DNA of 64,000 nucleotides from Candidatus Kaiserbacteria bacterium RIFCSPHIGHO2_01_FULL_46_22 (GTDB taxonomy: Bacteria > Patescibacteriota > Minisyncoccia > Phycocordibacterales > UBA918). A program made the translations under genes and the position numbers. The stretch is from NCBI GenBank assembly GCA_001779595.1, contig MFKO01000002.1, forward strand, positions 22,279-86,278, in the 5' to 3' direction. Positions 39,073 to 48,600 of this stretch are shown here, piece after piece. The first letter of the stretch is position 1, and each line of letters opens with the position of its first letter. The notes under the pieces were generated by a model that was not told the origin of the DNA, did no database searches, and was given only the letters and a program-made list of their open reading frames with translations.

Positions 39073-39216
39073 ACTTTTCTCTTACAGAGCAGTACACCTT
39101 TTGGCTAAAATTTTCTTAAAATTAATTTTAGCTCAAAAGGTTTTCAAATCCCTCCCGTCTCACTCAAAATATAATCACACAAAACTCCAGATGTTCGTTT
39201 TGTGTTCATTATTTTG

Positions 39217-39303
39217 CGGAGGGTGAGGGATTTGAACCCTCGAAGGAGTTTCCCCCTTACCGCCTTTCCAAGGCGGCGCACTAGACCACTATGCGAACCC
39301 TCC
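39217..39303 (-). tRNA. tRNA-Ser(GGA)
   Basis: GGAGGGT acceptor, CCGCC-TT-GGA-AA-GGCGG anticodon arm, long variable arm, GGGTTCAAATCCC T-arm, G discriminator. Confidence 0.97.
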
Positions 39304-39394
39304 TAATGTTGCGGTCGTTATGATAGCGCAAAGTAGTTCCTTTACCAACCTTGAGAAGGGTAGATTCGTTTGTACTCAATGTATAATTTACCTA

Positions 39395-39961
39395 ATGAAA
39401 CGTGATGATTGGATGCTCCTTACTCTGACCTTCTTAACTGGTGCAGCGATTGGAATGTATATGTATGTTGCGGTCTGGAAGCCGGTTTATTTTCCTGAAG
39501 ATTTAGGAAATGAAGAAGCAGAGGCTTCTGATTGGAGTATCGTCGGTGAAAGACGGCAAGGTGGAGCCACCGAAGCTTCTTTCCGACTTCTTTCGGATGG
39601 TAGTTATAGTTATATAGCCATTGACGATCTCTCTGGTGAGCCAGAAGCGCGCAAAGAAGGATCAATCAAGAAAACGCTGGTTAAGGAATTGATGGTGTCG
39701 GAAGATGAGATTGCTTCTTACGAAGAAGAAACAGAGTGTCTGGCATCAGATAAAGTTGAATATGAGTATCGTTTTACAATCGACAACTACACTTATTTGC
39801 TCGATACTTGCAACACTGAACTTGGACACGACACCGAGTTGTCTCTCTTATTGAAAAAAGCGTGGCATCAAATGGAAGGTAGTGTTGACGGAACTGCTAC
39901 GCCGTCAGAATGGCTAACGAACTGGCTTAACGAAAGGATTGGAGCAAATAAAAATAATTGA
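39395..39961 (+). CDS. Membrane-anchored acidic hypothetical protein
   Basis: N-terminal TM; TATAAT-7-ATG; terminator 39972-40003. Confidence 0.7.
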   Translation: MKRDDWMLLTLTFLTGAAIGMYMYVAVWKPVYFPEDLGNEEAEASDWSIVGERRQGGATEASFRLLSDGSYSYIAIDDLSGEPEARKEGSIKKTLVKELMVSEDEIASYEEETECLASDKVEYEYRFTIDNYTYLLDTCNTELGHDTELSLLLKKAWHQMEGSVDGTATPSEWLTNWLNERIGANKNN

Positions 39962-40104
39962 AAGTAAGTACAAAGCCGGCCACGTCTAACGTGGCCGGCT
40001 TTTGAAATACAAAATATATCTGTGCGTAACAATAACCGAGGCGATCAGGATAATGCAGATCAATCGCCTTTCCGTAACGCAGAGTTAATCAATATTTCAT
40101 CTCT

Positions 40105-40758
40105 ATGAACTTAAGATCAGTATTAATCCCAGTGGCAGCGTTTGCTGTTACTGTGACTGGCGCTAGCGCCTTTAATAGCGAGCTCTTGCAAAAAGCAGGA
40201 CTCACAGAGGATCAAATCAGTGCTTTCGAGGAAGCCAAAGAACTTCGTGAAGCAGGTGATTTAGATGCGGCCCGAGATGTGCTCGAAGAAGCTGGAGTTG
40301 ATGAGGGTGTAATGGAGCGACTTCGCGACACGATGCACGGCCACCATAAAGCACTCAGGGCTGCGATCGAGGACAATGATTACGAAGCTTTCCGTGAAGC
40401 AATCGAAGGCTCACCTCTTGCTGACATCATTAATACTGAGGAAGAATTCGAACGTTTCGTTGAGGCTCACAATCTAATTAAGAATGGTGACAAAGAGTCT
40501 GCCAAAGAAATTTTTGATGATCTAGGAATCGAAGGTCCAGGTAAGCACATCAAAATGTTCAACGGTGACAAGGAACCTCCATTCTTTGAACAGTTAACAG
40601 ATGAACAAAAAGAAGAGCTTAAAGCAGCTTTTGAGTCACGTGATCACGACAAAGTGAAGGAACTACTCGCTTCGTATGGCATAGAATTGCCGGAGAAATC
40701 AGAAGGGAAAGGCTTTGGTTTTGGTCGGGGAATGCATAAAGAAATGAATAACGATTAG
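40105..40758 (+). CDS. Secreted helical protein (Spy/CpxP-like character)
   Basis: Signal peptide; LTEDQ and LTDEQ motifs; G/H/M-rich linkers. Confidence 0.6.
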   Translation: MNLRSVLIPVAAFAVTVTGASAFNSELLQKAGLTEDQISAFEEAKELREAGDLDAARDVLEEAGVDEGVMERLRDTMHGHHKALRAAIEDNDYEAFREAIEGSPLADIINTEEEFERFVEAHNLIKNGDKESAKEIFDDLGIEGPGKHIKMFNGDKEPPFFEQLTDEQKEELKAAFESRDHDKVKELLASYGIELPEKSEGKGFGFGRGMHKEMNND

Positions 40759-40777
40759 GCAACCGATCGACTTAATA

Positions 40778-40842
40778 AAAAGGCCGGCAACCTGCGGGGT
40801 GGAGACTTCTGCGACTCCATCTCGCGGGCTGCCGGCTTTTTT
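40778..40842 (+). terminator. Long GC-rich hairpin terminator upstream of typA
   Basis: ggccggcaacctgcggggtggag...ctccatctcgcgggctgccggcttttttt. Confidence 0.75.
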
Positions 40843-40928
40843 GTAATTTAGTGGACAATACGATGATTTTAATGTAGGATTTCGTGCACTTACAGCTGTG
40901 CCCGAGGGCACTTTTTCTTTTTTTGATT

Positions 40929-42710
40929 ATGGAAATACGCAATATCGCAATCATCGCTCACGTGGACCACGGTAAGACAACCCTTACTGATGCTTTAATG
41001 GAGCAGACCGGCGCCCGTGCCGAAGGACAGTCAATGGACTCAAACGCTCTTGAAAAGGAACGCGGCATTACTATTTATGCCAAAAACACCTCCATTGAGT
41101 ACAAGGGTACCAAGATCAACATCGTTGACACTCCAGGCCACGCCGACTTCGGCAGTGAAGTGGAGCGTGTTTTGCGTTCGATCGACTCTGTTTTGCTCGT
41201 AGTGGACGCTCAGGAAGGTCCGATGCCACAGACACGTTTCGTACTTAAAAAGTCGCTTGAGCTTGGTCTTAAGCCGATTGTGGTCATTAATAAGATCGAC
41301 AAGCCTGCCGCTAACCCACATCACGCTGAGGAGCAGGTTCTCGAACTCTTCCTAGAACTTGGCGCAAATGATGAACAGTCCAATTTCACTACCGTATTTG
41401 CTATCGGACGTGAGGGTATCGCTAAGCGGTCTCTTGAAGACGATTCAAAGGACCTTTCACCACTCCTAGACGTCATCTTGGAGCAGGTACCAGCAGCTAA
41501 GGCCTACGTAGAGGGCGAGCCGCTAGCAGCTCAGGTCTTCAATCTTGGTTACGACAACTTCCTCGGCCGTTTGGCAGTAGCGCGTGTTTACAGCGGAAAG
41601 TTGAGCAAGGGACAGACTTTGTTTGTTGCTGCGGAAGGAAAGGAAAAATGGAGTAGCAAGGTAGTTAAAATTTCTACCTTCAAAGGCACTAGTCAGGTGG
41701 AATCCGATACCGTTTACGCTGGTGATATCGCATTGATCGCTGGTTTTTCTAAAATCGACATCGGTGAGACATTGGTGGACAACGAAGCGACTGAACCGCT
41801 AACTGCCATTCACGTTGATGAGCCGACTATCGGCCTCAGCTTTATGCCAAATGCTTCGCCTTTCGCTGGGCGAGAAGGTAAGTTTGTTACTGGTCGCCAG
41901 ATCAGAGAGCGTCTTGAAAAGGAACTCGAAATTAACGTGGGTCTTAAAGTAGACTTTTCAAAGGGAGACTTTTTTGAAGTATACGGACGTGGAGAAATGC
42001 ACATCTCTATCTTGTTGGAAAACATGCGTCGAGAAGGTTACGAAATGGCCGTGTCTCAGCCGCAAGTAATCATTAAGGAGGAAAACGGACAAAAAACTGA
42101 ACCGTTTGAAGAAGTAGTTGCTGATATTCCGTCTGAATTCCAGGGACCGGTAATCGAAAAGTTATCGAACCGTGGTTTCGTGATGCAGAATATGATCACT
42201 CACGAAAATCAGGTTCGTTTGGTCTTCGTTGGTCCTACACGAGGTCTTCTTGGTTACAAAGGTCAGTTCATTATCGACACCAGAGGTGAAGGAATTTTGG
42301 CTTCACAATTCGTTGGCTTCCGTCCATACGCTGGTGAGATCAAGAAGCGTCAGGCTGGCAGTATGGTTTCAATGACGGCAGGTAAAGCACTTGGATTTTC
42401 ACTTTGGAATTTGCAAGATCGCGGACAGCTCTACATCAACCCAGCCACAGAAGTATATGAGGGTATGGTGATCGGAAATACTTCTAAGGGTGAAGAAATG
42501 ATGGTAAACCCGACTAAGGGTAAGCAGCTCACCAACATGCGCTCTTCGGGAGCTGATGAGGCAATCAACCTTACTCCACCACGAATCCTTAGTATTGAAA
42601 TCGGTTTGGAAACAATGGCTGACGATGAGTATTTGGAAGTAACACCACAAAGTGTACGTTTGCGTAAAGCTCTTTTGAAAGAGAGTGAGCGTAGGAAGGG
42701 TGGTAAATAA
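40929..42710 (+). CDS. typA: Translational GTPase TypA/BipA
   Basis: [39 protein letters not shown]. Confidence 0.97.
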   Translation: MEIRNIAIIAHVDHGKTTLTDALMEQTGARAEGQSMDSNALEKERGITIYAKNTSIEYKGTKINIVDTPGHADFGSEVERVLRSIDSVLLVVDAQEGPMPQTRFVLKKSLELGLKPIVVINKIDKPAANPHHAEEQVLELFLELGANDEQSNFTTVFAIGREGIAKRSLEDDSKDLSPLLDVILEQVPAAKAYVEGEPLAAQVFNLGYDNFLGRLAVARVYSGKLSKGQTLFVAAEGKEKWSSKVVKISTFKGTSQVESDTVYAGDIALIAGFSKIDIGETLVDNEATEPLTAIHVDEPTIGLSFMPNASPFAGREGKFVTGRQIRERLEKELEINVGLKVDFSKGDFFEVYGRGEMHISILLENMRREGYEMAVSQPQVIIKEENGQKTEPFEEVVADIPSEFQGPVIEKLSNRGFVMQNMITHENQVRLVFVGPTRGLLGYKGQFIIDTRGEGILASQFVGFRPYAGEIKKRQAGSMVSMTAGKALGFSLWNLQDRGQLYINPATEVYEGMVIGNTSKGEEMMVNPTKGKQLTNMRSSGADEAINLTPPRILSIEIGLETMADDEYLEVTPQSVRLRKALLKESERRKGGK

Positions 42711-42719
42711 TATTGGGTA

Positions 42720-42756
42720 TTAAAACAGCCGGCCCCGAAGGGGCCGGCTGTTTTAA
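42720..42756. terminator. Intrinsic terminator after typA
   Basis: ttaaaacagccggccccgaaggggccggctgttttaa. Confidence 0.85.
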
Positions 42757-42859
42757 TACCCATACACAACGGCCACATTGACACTTTTTAATACTGTAAT
42801 ACTCTGGTTGGTACCAGGCAATAACGCACTGGTAACGCCAACCAAAAAGGAGTTTTTCG

Positions 42860-43003
42860 ATGACCTGGAAAACGCATTTTTCGGCCAACTTCAGCCCCCA
42901 TATCGGCGACACCACTTCTTTGGCCCGCGCGCAGAATTCGCACAGCGTCGCTATCGGCACCGGCGTGTCGGACGGTTCGGTCAAGGACATCTCCAAGAAC
43001 TGA
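42860..43003 (+). CDS. 47-aa small protein (absent from the ORF track)
   Basis: TTGACA(42778)-16-TACTCT; AAGGAG SD; MTWKTHFSANFSPHIGDTTSLARAQNSHSVAIGTGVSDGSVKDISKN; C-ending codons. Confidence 0.55.
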   Translation: MTWKTHFSANFSPHIGDTTSLARAQNSHSVAIGTGVSDGSVKDISKN

Positions 43004-43039
43004 TTCAAGGCCAGGGTCTCCCAGAAAGGGGAAACGCAC

Positions 43040-43105
43040 ATGTCTATCCGCAAGGGTATGGTGAGACGATATTCGTCTCAAGGTGATCAGGTTCTTTCTG
43101 TCTGA
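43040..43105 (+). CDS. Possible 21-aa peptide
   Basis: AAAGGGG SD-like; MSIRKGMVRRYSSQGDQVLSV; terminator 43126-43172. Confidence 0.3.
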   Translation: MSIRKGMVRRYSSQGDQVLSV

Positions 43106-43196
43106 AATTTTTCAGACTCGAGCACAAAAGGGCGATCGTGAGTTATCTCCGAACGCCCTTTATTATTTTTTTATACCCTCACTTCGGCGAGGTTTT

Positions 43197-43898
43197 TTAA
43201 ACCATCCCCAACGCTTTCAAAAAATCTTTAAGCTCTTTTCCAACAATCTTTCTATATTGATTCGGTTTCAGTTTGCCTAGTTCAATATTCACAATGCGAA
43301 CACGTTTCAAATTATCTACTTGCCAGCCGAGAGCGGCGCACATTCGTCTGATTTGGTGTTTTTTGCCCTCAGTCAGTACCAGACGAAAGACATTTCGTCC
43401 TTTTGGTACTGCTAGCGCTGGCTTAGTCTTGTAACCTTCAATGTTCACACCAAGCGCCAGTTGTTTCAATAGACCAATTGTCACCGGTTTATCTACGGTC
43501 ACTTCGTACTCTTTCTCGTTGTCATTTTCAGAGTCTAGAAGTGGTCCGGTAATGAGACCGTCGTCAGTAATGATAAGAAGACCTTCTGAAGCTTTATCTA
43601 GTCGACCGATCGGGAAAAGACCAGACAGTCCGTAGTCTTTCTTGAGGCGAGTGATTACATCAACTTCGCCCTCGCTCGGTGAGTGGGTAATGATACTAAC
43701 GCCTTTGTAGTAGGCGAGATAGGTGCGCGGCTTGGTAGCGCCGGGAGCCAGGCGAACTATGTCGTCATCTCCAATTTGTTGCCCTAGGGTGGCCTTTTTA
43801 CCGTTTACCAGCACCTTGCCTTCGGCAATCAGTCTATCTGCTTCGCGCCTAGAAGCGAGTTTTCTATCCGCCAAATATTTATTCAAACGAACAGCCAT
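43197..43898 (-). CDS. rRNA pseudouridine synthase (RsuA/RluF family, S4 domain)
   Basis: RLNKYLA...SRREAD; IGRLDKASEGL; EGKKHQIRRM. Confidence 0.93.
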   Translation of the reverse strand: MAVRLNKYLADRKLASRREADRLIAEGKVLVNGKKATLGQQIGDDDIVRLAPGATKPRTYLAYYKGVSIITHSPSEGEVDVITRLKKDYGLSGLFPIGRLDKASEGLLIITDDGLITGPLLDSENDNEKEYEVTVDKPVTIGLLKQLALGVNIEGYKTKPALAVPKGRNVFRLVLTEGKKHQIRRMCAALGWQVDNLKRVRIVNIELGKLKPNQYRKIVGKELKDFLKALGMV

Positions 43899-43958
43899 CG
43901 CAGTATTCTAGCACTAATAGATTGAAATATTTACTTGAGAAAAGCGTATAATTTCAAG

Positions 43959-44531
43959 ATGGCCGCAGAGACAGCATCGCCCTCGGACAACGAGGTAGTC
44001 AAACTAGCGCTCGAAGAGCGGTCGTCCTTTGGCCTTATCGTAGAGCGGTATCAGGAAAAGTTGTCCCGTTATGTTACCCGTCTCGGAATCAAGGATTCGG
44101 ACGACCGCGATGATGTTCTTCAGGAAGTGTTTATAAAAGTTTATCGCAACTTAAATGATTACGATGAGCATTACTCATTTTCTGCTTGGATTTACCGCAT
44201 TGCGCACAACGAGGCAATTTCTTGGTATCGTAAGAAGAAGGTAAGGCCAGAGGGCAACTTGGTGGTGGACAGTGAAGAGGTTTTGGCTTTTTTAAATAAT
44301 AATGAAGAAGACGCCGCTGTGCGTCTTGATCAAAAAATCAACGCTGCATATTTAGAGGACGCGCTTGCAAAGCTTGATCCTAAATACCAAGCCGTATTAA
44401 TTCTCCGATATTTTGAACATCTTGAGTATGAAGAAATATCTGATGTGCTTGAGTTGCCGACCGGTACAGTTGGCACTTTAATTCATCGTGCCAAGAAGCA
44501 GCTTCGTGAAGCCTTAGAAAAATATGAGTGA
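43959..44531 (+). CDS. ECF RNA polymerase sigma factor (SigW-like)
   Basis: DVLQEVFIKVY, FSAWIYRIAHN, YEEISDVLELP.GTV..LIHRAK. Confidence 0.93.
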   Translation: MAAETASPSDNEVVKLALEERSSFGLIVERYQEKLSRYVTRLGIKDSDDRDDVLQEVFIKVYRNLNDYDEHYSFSAWIYRIAHNEAISWYRKKKVRPEGNLVVDSEEVLAFLNNNEEDAAVRLDQKINAAYLEDALAKLDPKYQAVLILRYFEHLEYEEISDVLELPTGTVGTLIHRAKKQLREALEKYE

Positions 44532-45477
44532 TACACAAAAACAACCAAATAAAGACTTAAAAGAAAGTGTTCTTTCACGCTTGGAGAAAGAGGGAATTGA
44601 GCCCCGCTCACGCCTTTATTGGCTTTCACACGAATACGCCCTTTGGGGCGCTTGGGGTCTTGCGGTATTGTGCGGCGCCTTGGCGCTTTCGGTAGCTTCT
44701 TTTGCCTCTTTGCACATAGGCTACGCACTATATGAGGCTTCACATAACGATTTTCTAACCTTCGTCTTTGACGCCCTGCCTTATCTCTGGCTGGTAGCTT
44801 TCTTCTTACTAATAGCTGTTTCCTATTTCAATCTCAGGCACACTAAAAGAGGCTATCGCTACCCGATCATTCTAGTGGTGGGCAGTAGTATTGGTTTTAG
44901 TGTTCTTGGCGGTGGTTTCCTTCACTGGCTGGGTGCTGGTTGGTATTTTGATCAAATGTTGGGTGAAATAGTGCCTGCGTATCAATCAAGGGCTAAGTTT
45001 GAAGAGGAAATCTGGCAAAAACCGATGGCGGGACGTTTAGTTGGTAAAGTGGTTCAGCAGCCCGAAGAAGTTGATTATGCTGCTTTTGTAGATGCAGAAG
45101 GAGAGTATTGGCGTCTTAATACTGAAGAGTTGCGTGAACATGACGTTGATTTACTTCAAAGCGGTCGAAAGGTCCGCATCTTGGCCGCTACCTCCAGCGA
45201 GTTCGCTGAAGGTTCGCTTTATGTCTGTGCCGTTTTTCCTTGGATACTCGACCACGCTCCCGGTCTCAAGGAATGGCGCGCTGATCGGGCAGGGTTTATC
45301 GAAGACGTAAAGGCGTCTAAGGAAATGATCCACATCATACGTACTCCATCAGGTGAGGGCAGACCAAACGATATTCCTCCACCTGAAGTGATGGAAAAAG
45401 TTGCTTCAGAAACCTCTTCACGTTGCTACAACTTGTCCGTTTTCAAACGCGCCAGGCCGGGCATTGTGGCGGAATAG
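44524..45477 (+). CDS. Putative membrane anti-sigma-like protein
   Basis: Overlaps the sigma stop codon; 3 TM plus extracytoplasmic domain. Confidence 0.55.
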   Translation: MSDTQKQPNKDLKESVLSRLEKEGIEPRSRLYWLSHEYALWGAWGLAVLCGALALSVASFASLHIGYALYEASHNDFLTFVFDALPYLWLVAFFLLIAVSYFNLRHTKRGYRYPIILVVGSSIGFSVLGGGFLHWLGAGWYFDQMLGEIVPAYQSRAKFEEEIWQKPMAGRLVGKVVQQPEEVDYAAFVDAEGEYWRLNTEELREHDVDLLQSGRKVRILAATSSEFAEGSLYVCAVFPWILDHAPGLKEWRADRAGFIEDVKASKEMIHIIRTPSGEGRPNDIPPPEVMEKVASETSSRCYNLSVFKRARPGIVAE

Positions 45478-45558
45478 TGCCAAAAAGTACGGCAAAGAAA
45501 ACATAGTCACGACTTAATTATGGATTACTGTCAAGCTTACTAAGTTCTGGCGTACTGC

Positions 45559-45660
45559 TAGAATGCAGACATTATGAACGCAGAACTCATACCTCTTCGG
45601 GGGTCTGTTTTACGAAAGCATCTCGGCATTTTTTAATTGCCTAGATGCTTTTTGCGTTCA
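45559..45660 (+). promoter_or_regulatory. Extended -10 promoter with structured leader/uORF attenuator candidate
   Basis: TGcTAGAAT; tgaacgca/tgcgttca enclosing a UUCG hairpin and the aaagcatct..agatgcttt hairpin; uORF 45574-45636. Confidence 0.5.
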
Positions 45661-45694
45661 AATATCCAAATTTAAAAATTTTTATACCAATTAT

Positions 45695-48600
45695 ATGAAT
45701 TCCCACACCGCGCACTTCTTGAACCGAGTTCTTTCATTTGTGACCATAATCGCTCTCGTTTTGGTCATGGTGCCGGTTTGGCCACAGATAGCACATGCAG
45801 ATAATCTTTTTTCCACGAGCTTCGAAGGAACTCCGCCACTTGATGAATGGACAAGTGACGATCCTCATTGGGGAGTAAACGCGAGTGATTCAAGAACTGG
45901 CTCAAAGCAGGCGCAAGCAGTGGGAAGTAATTCTGGCGCCGGGACTCTTCTCAAAGAAGTCAGTACGGAGGGCTACGAAAACATCTCTCTAAGTTTTTGG
46001 TACAAACAGCTAGGCATGGACGTTGGCGATAGTATTACAGTGGAATGGTTTGATGGATCAAGTTGGAACCCTGTAACCGCAATCAATGGGCTTGAACTTG
46101 AGGCGGACGACGATGCTGTGTGGGTTGAGTGGTCAGGACTTCTGGGTTCCGAAGCTGACGACAACACCGCCTTTGCCGTAAGGTTTGTGTCGAATATGAA
46201 TTCCGCTGGGAACGATAAGTTTTTCTTAGAGGACGTTAATCTAGAGGGTGAAGAGGAAGAAGTTGTGGGGCCTGTTCCAGATTGTAGTCTCACAGACAGC
46301 GTGTCGATGACTACTTTTGACACTTTTGCTACAGGTACTGTAAATGCGCAAAACTCATGGAGCTCAACTGGCTCTTATGACCAGGAGGTTGTTCCAAATA
46401 CTTATGGCTTTGAAGAGTTCGGTTGTAAATCACTTCGCATCTCAAATGCTGTAACAAGCGGTGCTTTCGGGAATCAGACGTTTGCCGCTCCAACTGCGGG
46501 TACAGCAGGCGAATCAAGTGTTGCGGCCAATAATCATTTTGAGGCAGAGTTTGATATTGCTTCAACAATGCCTGGTTTGCAGTCAGGTCTGACACTTTCA
46601 GTGTCTCCTGATGACGGAAATGGTTCACGTATGAGCTATTTGAGCTTCACTGACACCGCAGATGGTATCGATGTGGTCTTTTATGACGTAACAAACACCG
46701 GCCCTCTTCCGAGCGTAACTTCATGGAATGATACAGAAGTTGCAACACTTGATCGCGATGAGTCCCATACAATCAAATTTGTAATGGACTTCGTAGATGG
46801 TCCAGGTAACGATGTTGTGAAGATTTATATAGATGACGTACTTGCACATACAGGCACCAGCTGGGAGGACTATTATCGCTATGACGCAGAACAAAACGGC
46901 AACGGAAACGCATTGTTCGGAGTAGATACTCTTATCTTCCGTGCTGGAGGGACAGCTGTTCCTGCAAACGATAGCAACGGTTTCCTGTTCGACAATATGT
47001 CTATGTCAGTTTCAGACATTAGTTCTGGCAGCAGTACTTCTGAAACCATAGTGGTTTCCAGCAACACATCTGCAGGTGAGAATCTACCAGGATGGATGTT
47101 CAACCGTGATCCAGGCACAGATACTCCATTTGTGTTCAACACTGATCAATCATCTATCGGTGCTGGTAGTCTCTACGTGTTGCCGATTGGCTCATCTAGC
47201 CCAAGCGATAAATTTATCGCGGAGAACTTCATCAATGCACCAATTGCCGATGTCGATTCTATTTCTTACGACTTTATGATCGGCAGTGGCGGCGAGAACA
47301 CTGATGAGGAACAGTTCTATATGAATGTATACGCCAACTTCGGCGTATCTGACGACAATAAGTTTTACGACTGTCGATACAACATCGTGCCAACAACTGG
47401 TTCTACTGGCGGATTTACGACTGTTACATTTGACCCAAATCAGAGCTATCCAGTTACCACCCGAACCGGAGGCTCTGCGTCACCATTTACCTGTCCTTCT
47501 GTACCAGCTCAGATGGATAACTTAAGTCCAGGCTCCAATATCCGTGTCTTCTCCCTAAATCTTGGTGATACCACCGTGAGCGATGAAGGTATAGACGGTT
47601 ACTTTGATCGAGTGGTTACAGTTATTGACGATGGAGACAATACTCATACCACCACTTATGATTTCGATCCTGAATCTGAAGCTCCAACTGCCGCTGTAAC
47701 AATGTGTAAGTACAATCCATCTGAACAGACAATGGATGGTTGGACTTTGATGTTGGAGGGTGAACATATAGAAGACGTTGTTGTGCCAGCTGGCGCTATT
47801 GGAGGTATAGACACCACCGCTTCTCTTGAGGCTGGTAAGTCCTACTTCGCGGTAGTAAATGGCGTATGGCTAAACGATCGTACTCCTGACAATCACGTGG
47901 ATGCAGAGTACTCAACTGAAGACAGTTGGCTTACTCAAATGGACGGATTCACTGGTTACGGTGAAAACATTCTTGATCTACAAGTAGGAGAAGAGTTTGT
48001 AGAATGGGGTCCATACAACAGCACTCATACTTACTCAGCATCATTCACTCCAAGTGTTGATGGCTCTGTGAACTTCCGTATCTTTGACGGTACAGGCGAC
48101 ACACCGAATGCTTCTTGGTACGGAGATAACTCTGGTTCACTCAGCGTATCTATTTATGAAGGTTTTGCCGGAGTAACTGACGATGGTTGTGTTACTTTCG
48201 ATGCTGTACCTTACGGTTCCTATGAAGTTGACGAAGTGATGCAGGAAGGTTGGGTCAACACATTTGGTCTTGTAGAGGTTGAAGTAGATGAACCGACTGA
48301 AGAGTTCAATGTAGTAAACGATGAGATTGGCGAACCAGAAATGTGTTACGTGACAGTTGTTTCAGATGAGAGCAACTATGTAGAAGAAACTGAAGACGAT
48401 GCGGAATTGACTTGGGCGCATCCAGCCTGGACTGCTGTGATCGACTTGGCTGAATGGATCTGGGGTACTGAAAATGTAGAAGATCCAACTGTTACTGAAG
48501 TACAGACTTTTGTTAAAACATTTGAATGGAGCGGCGGTGTTGCATCTTCATCACTTGTAATCGCTACTGATAACTTCTATGAAGTTTACCTAAACGGCAA

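Noticed and set aside
42589-43086. ORF-track calls 42589-43053(-), 42778-43086(+) and 42788-43081(-)
   Set aside because: The TTG start is the -35 box or the frames cross terminators; the SD-led 42860 frame fits better.
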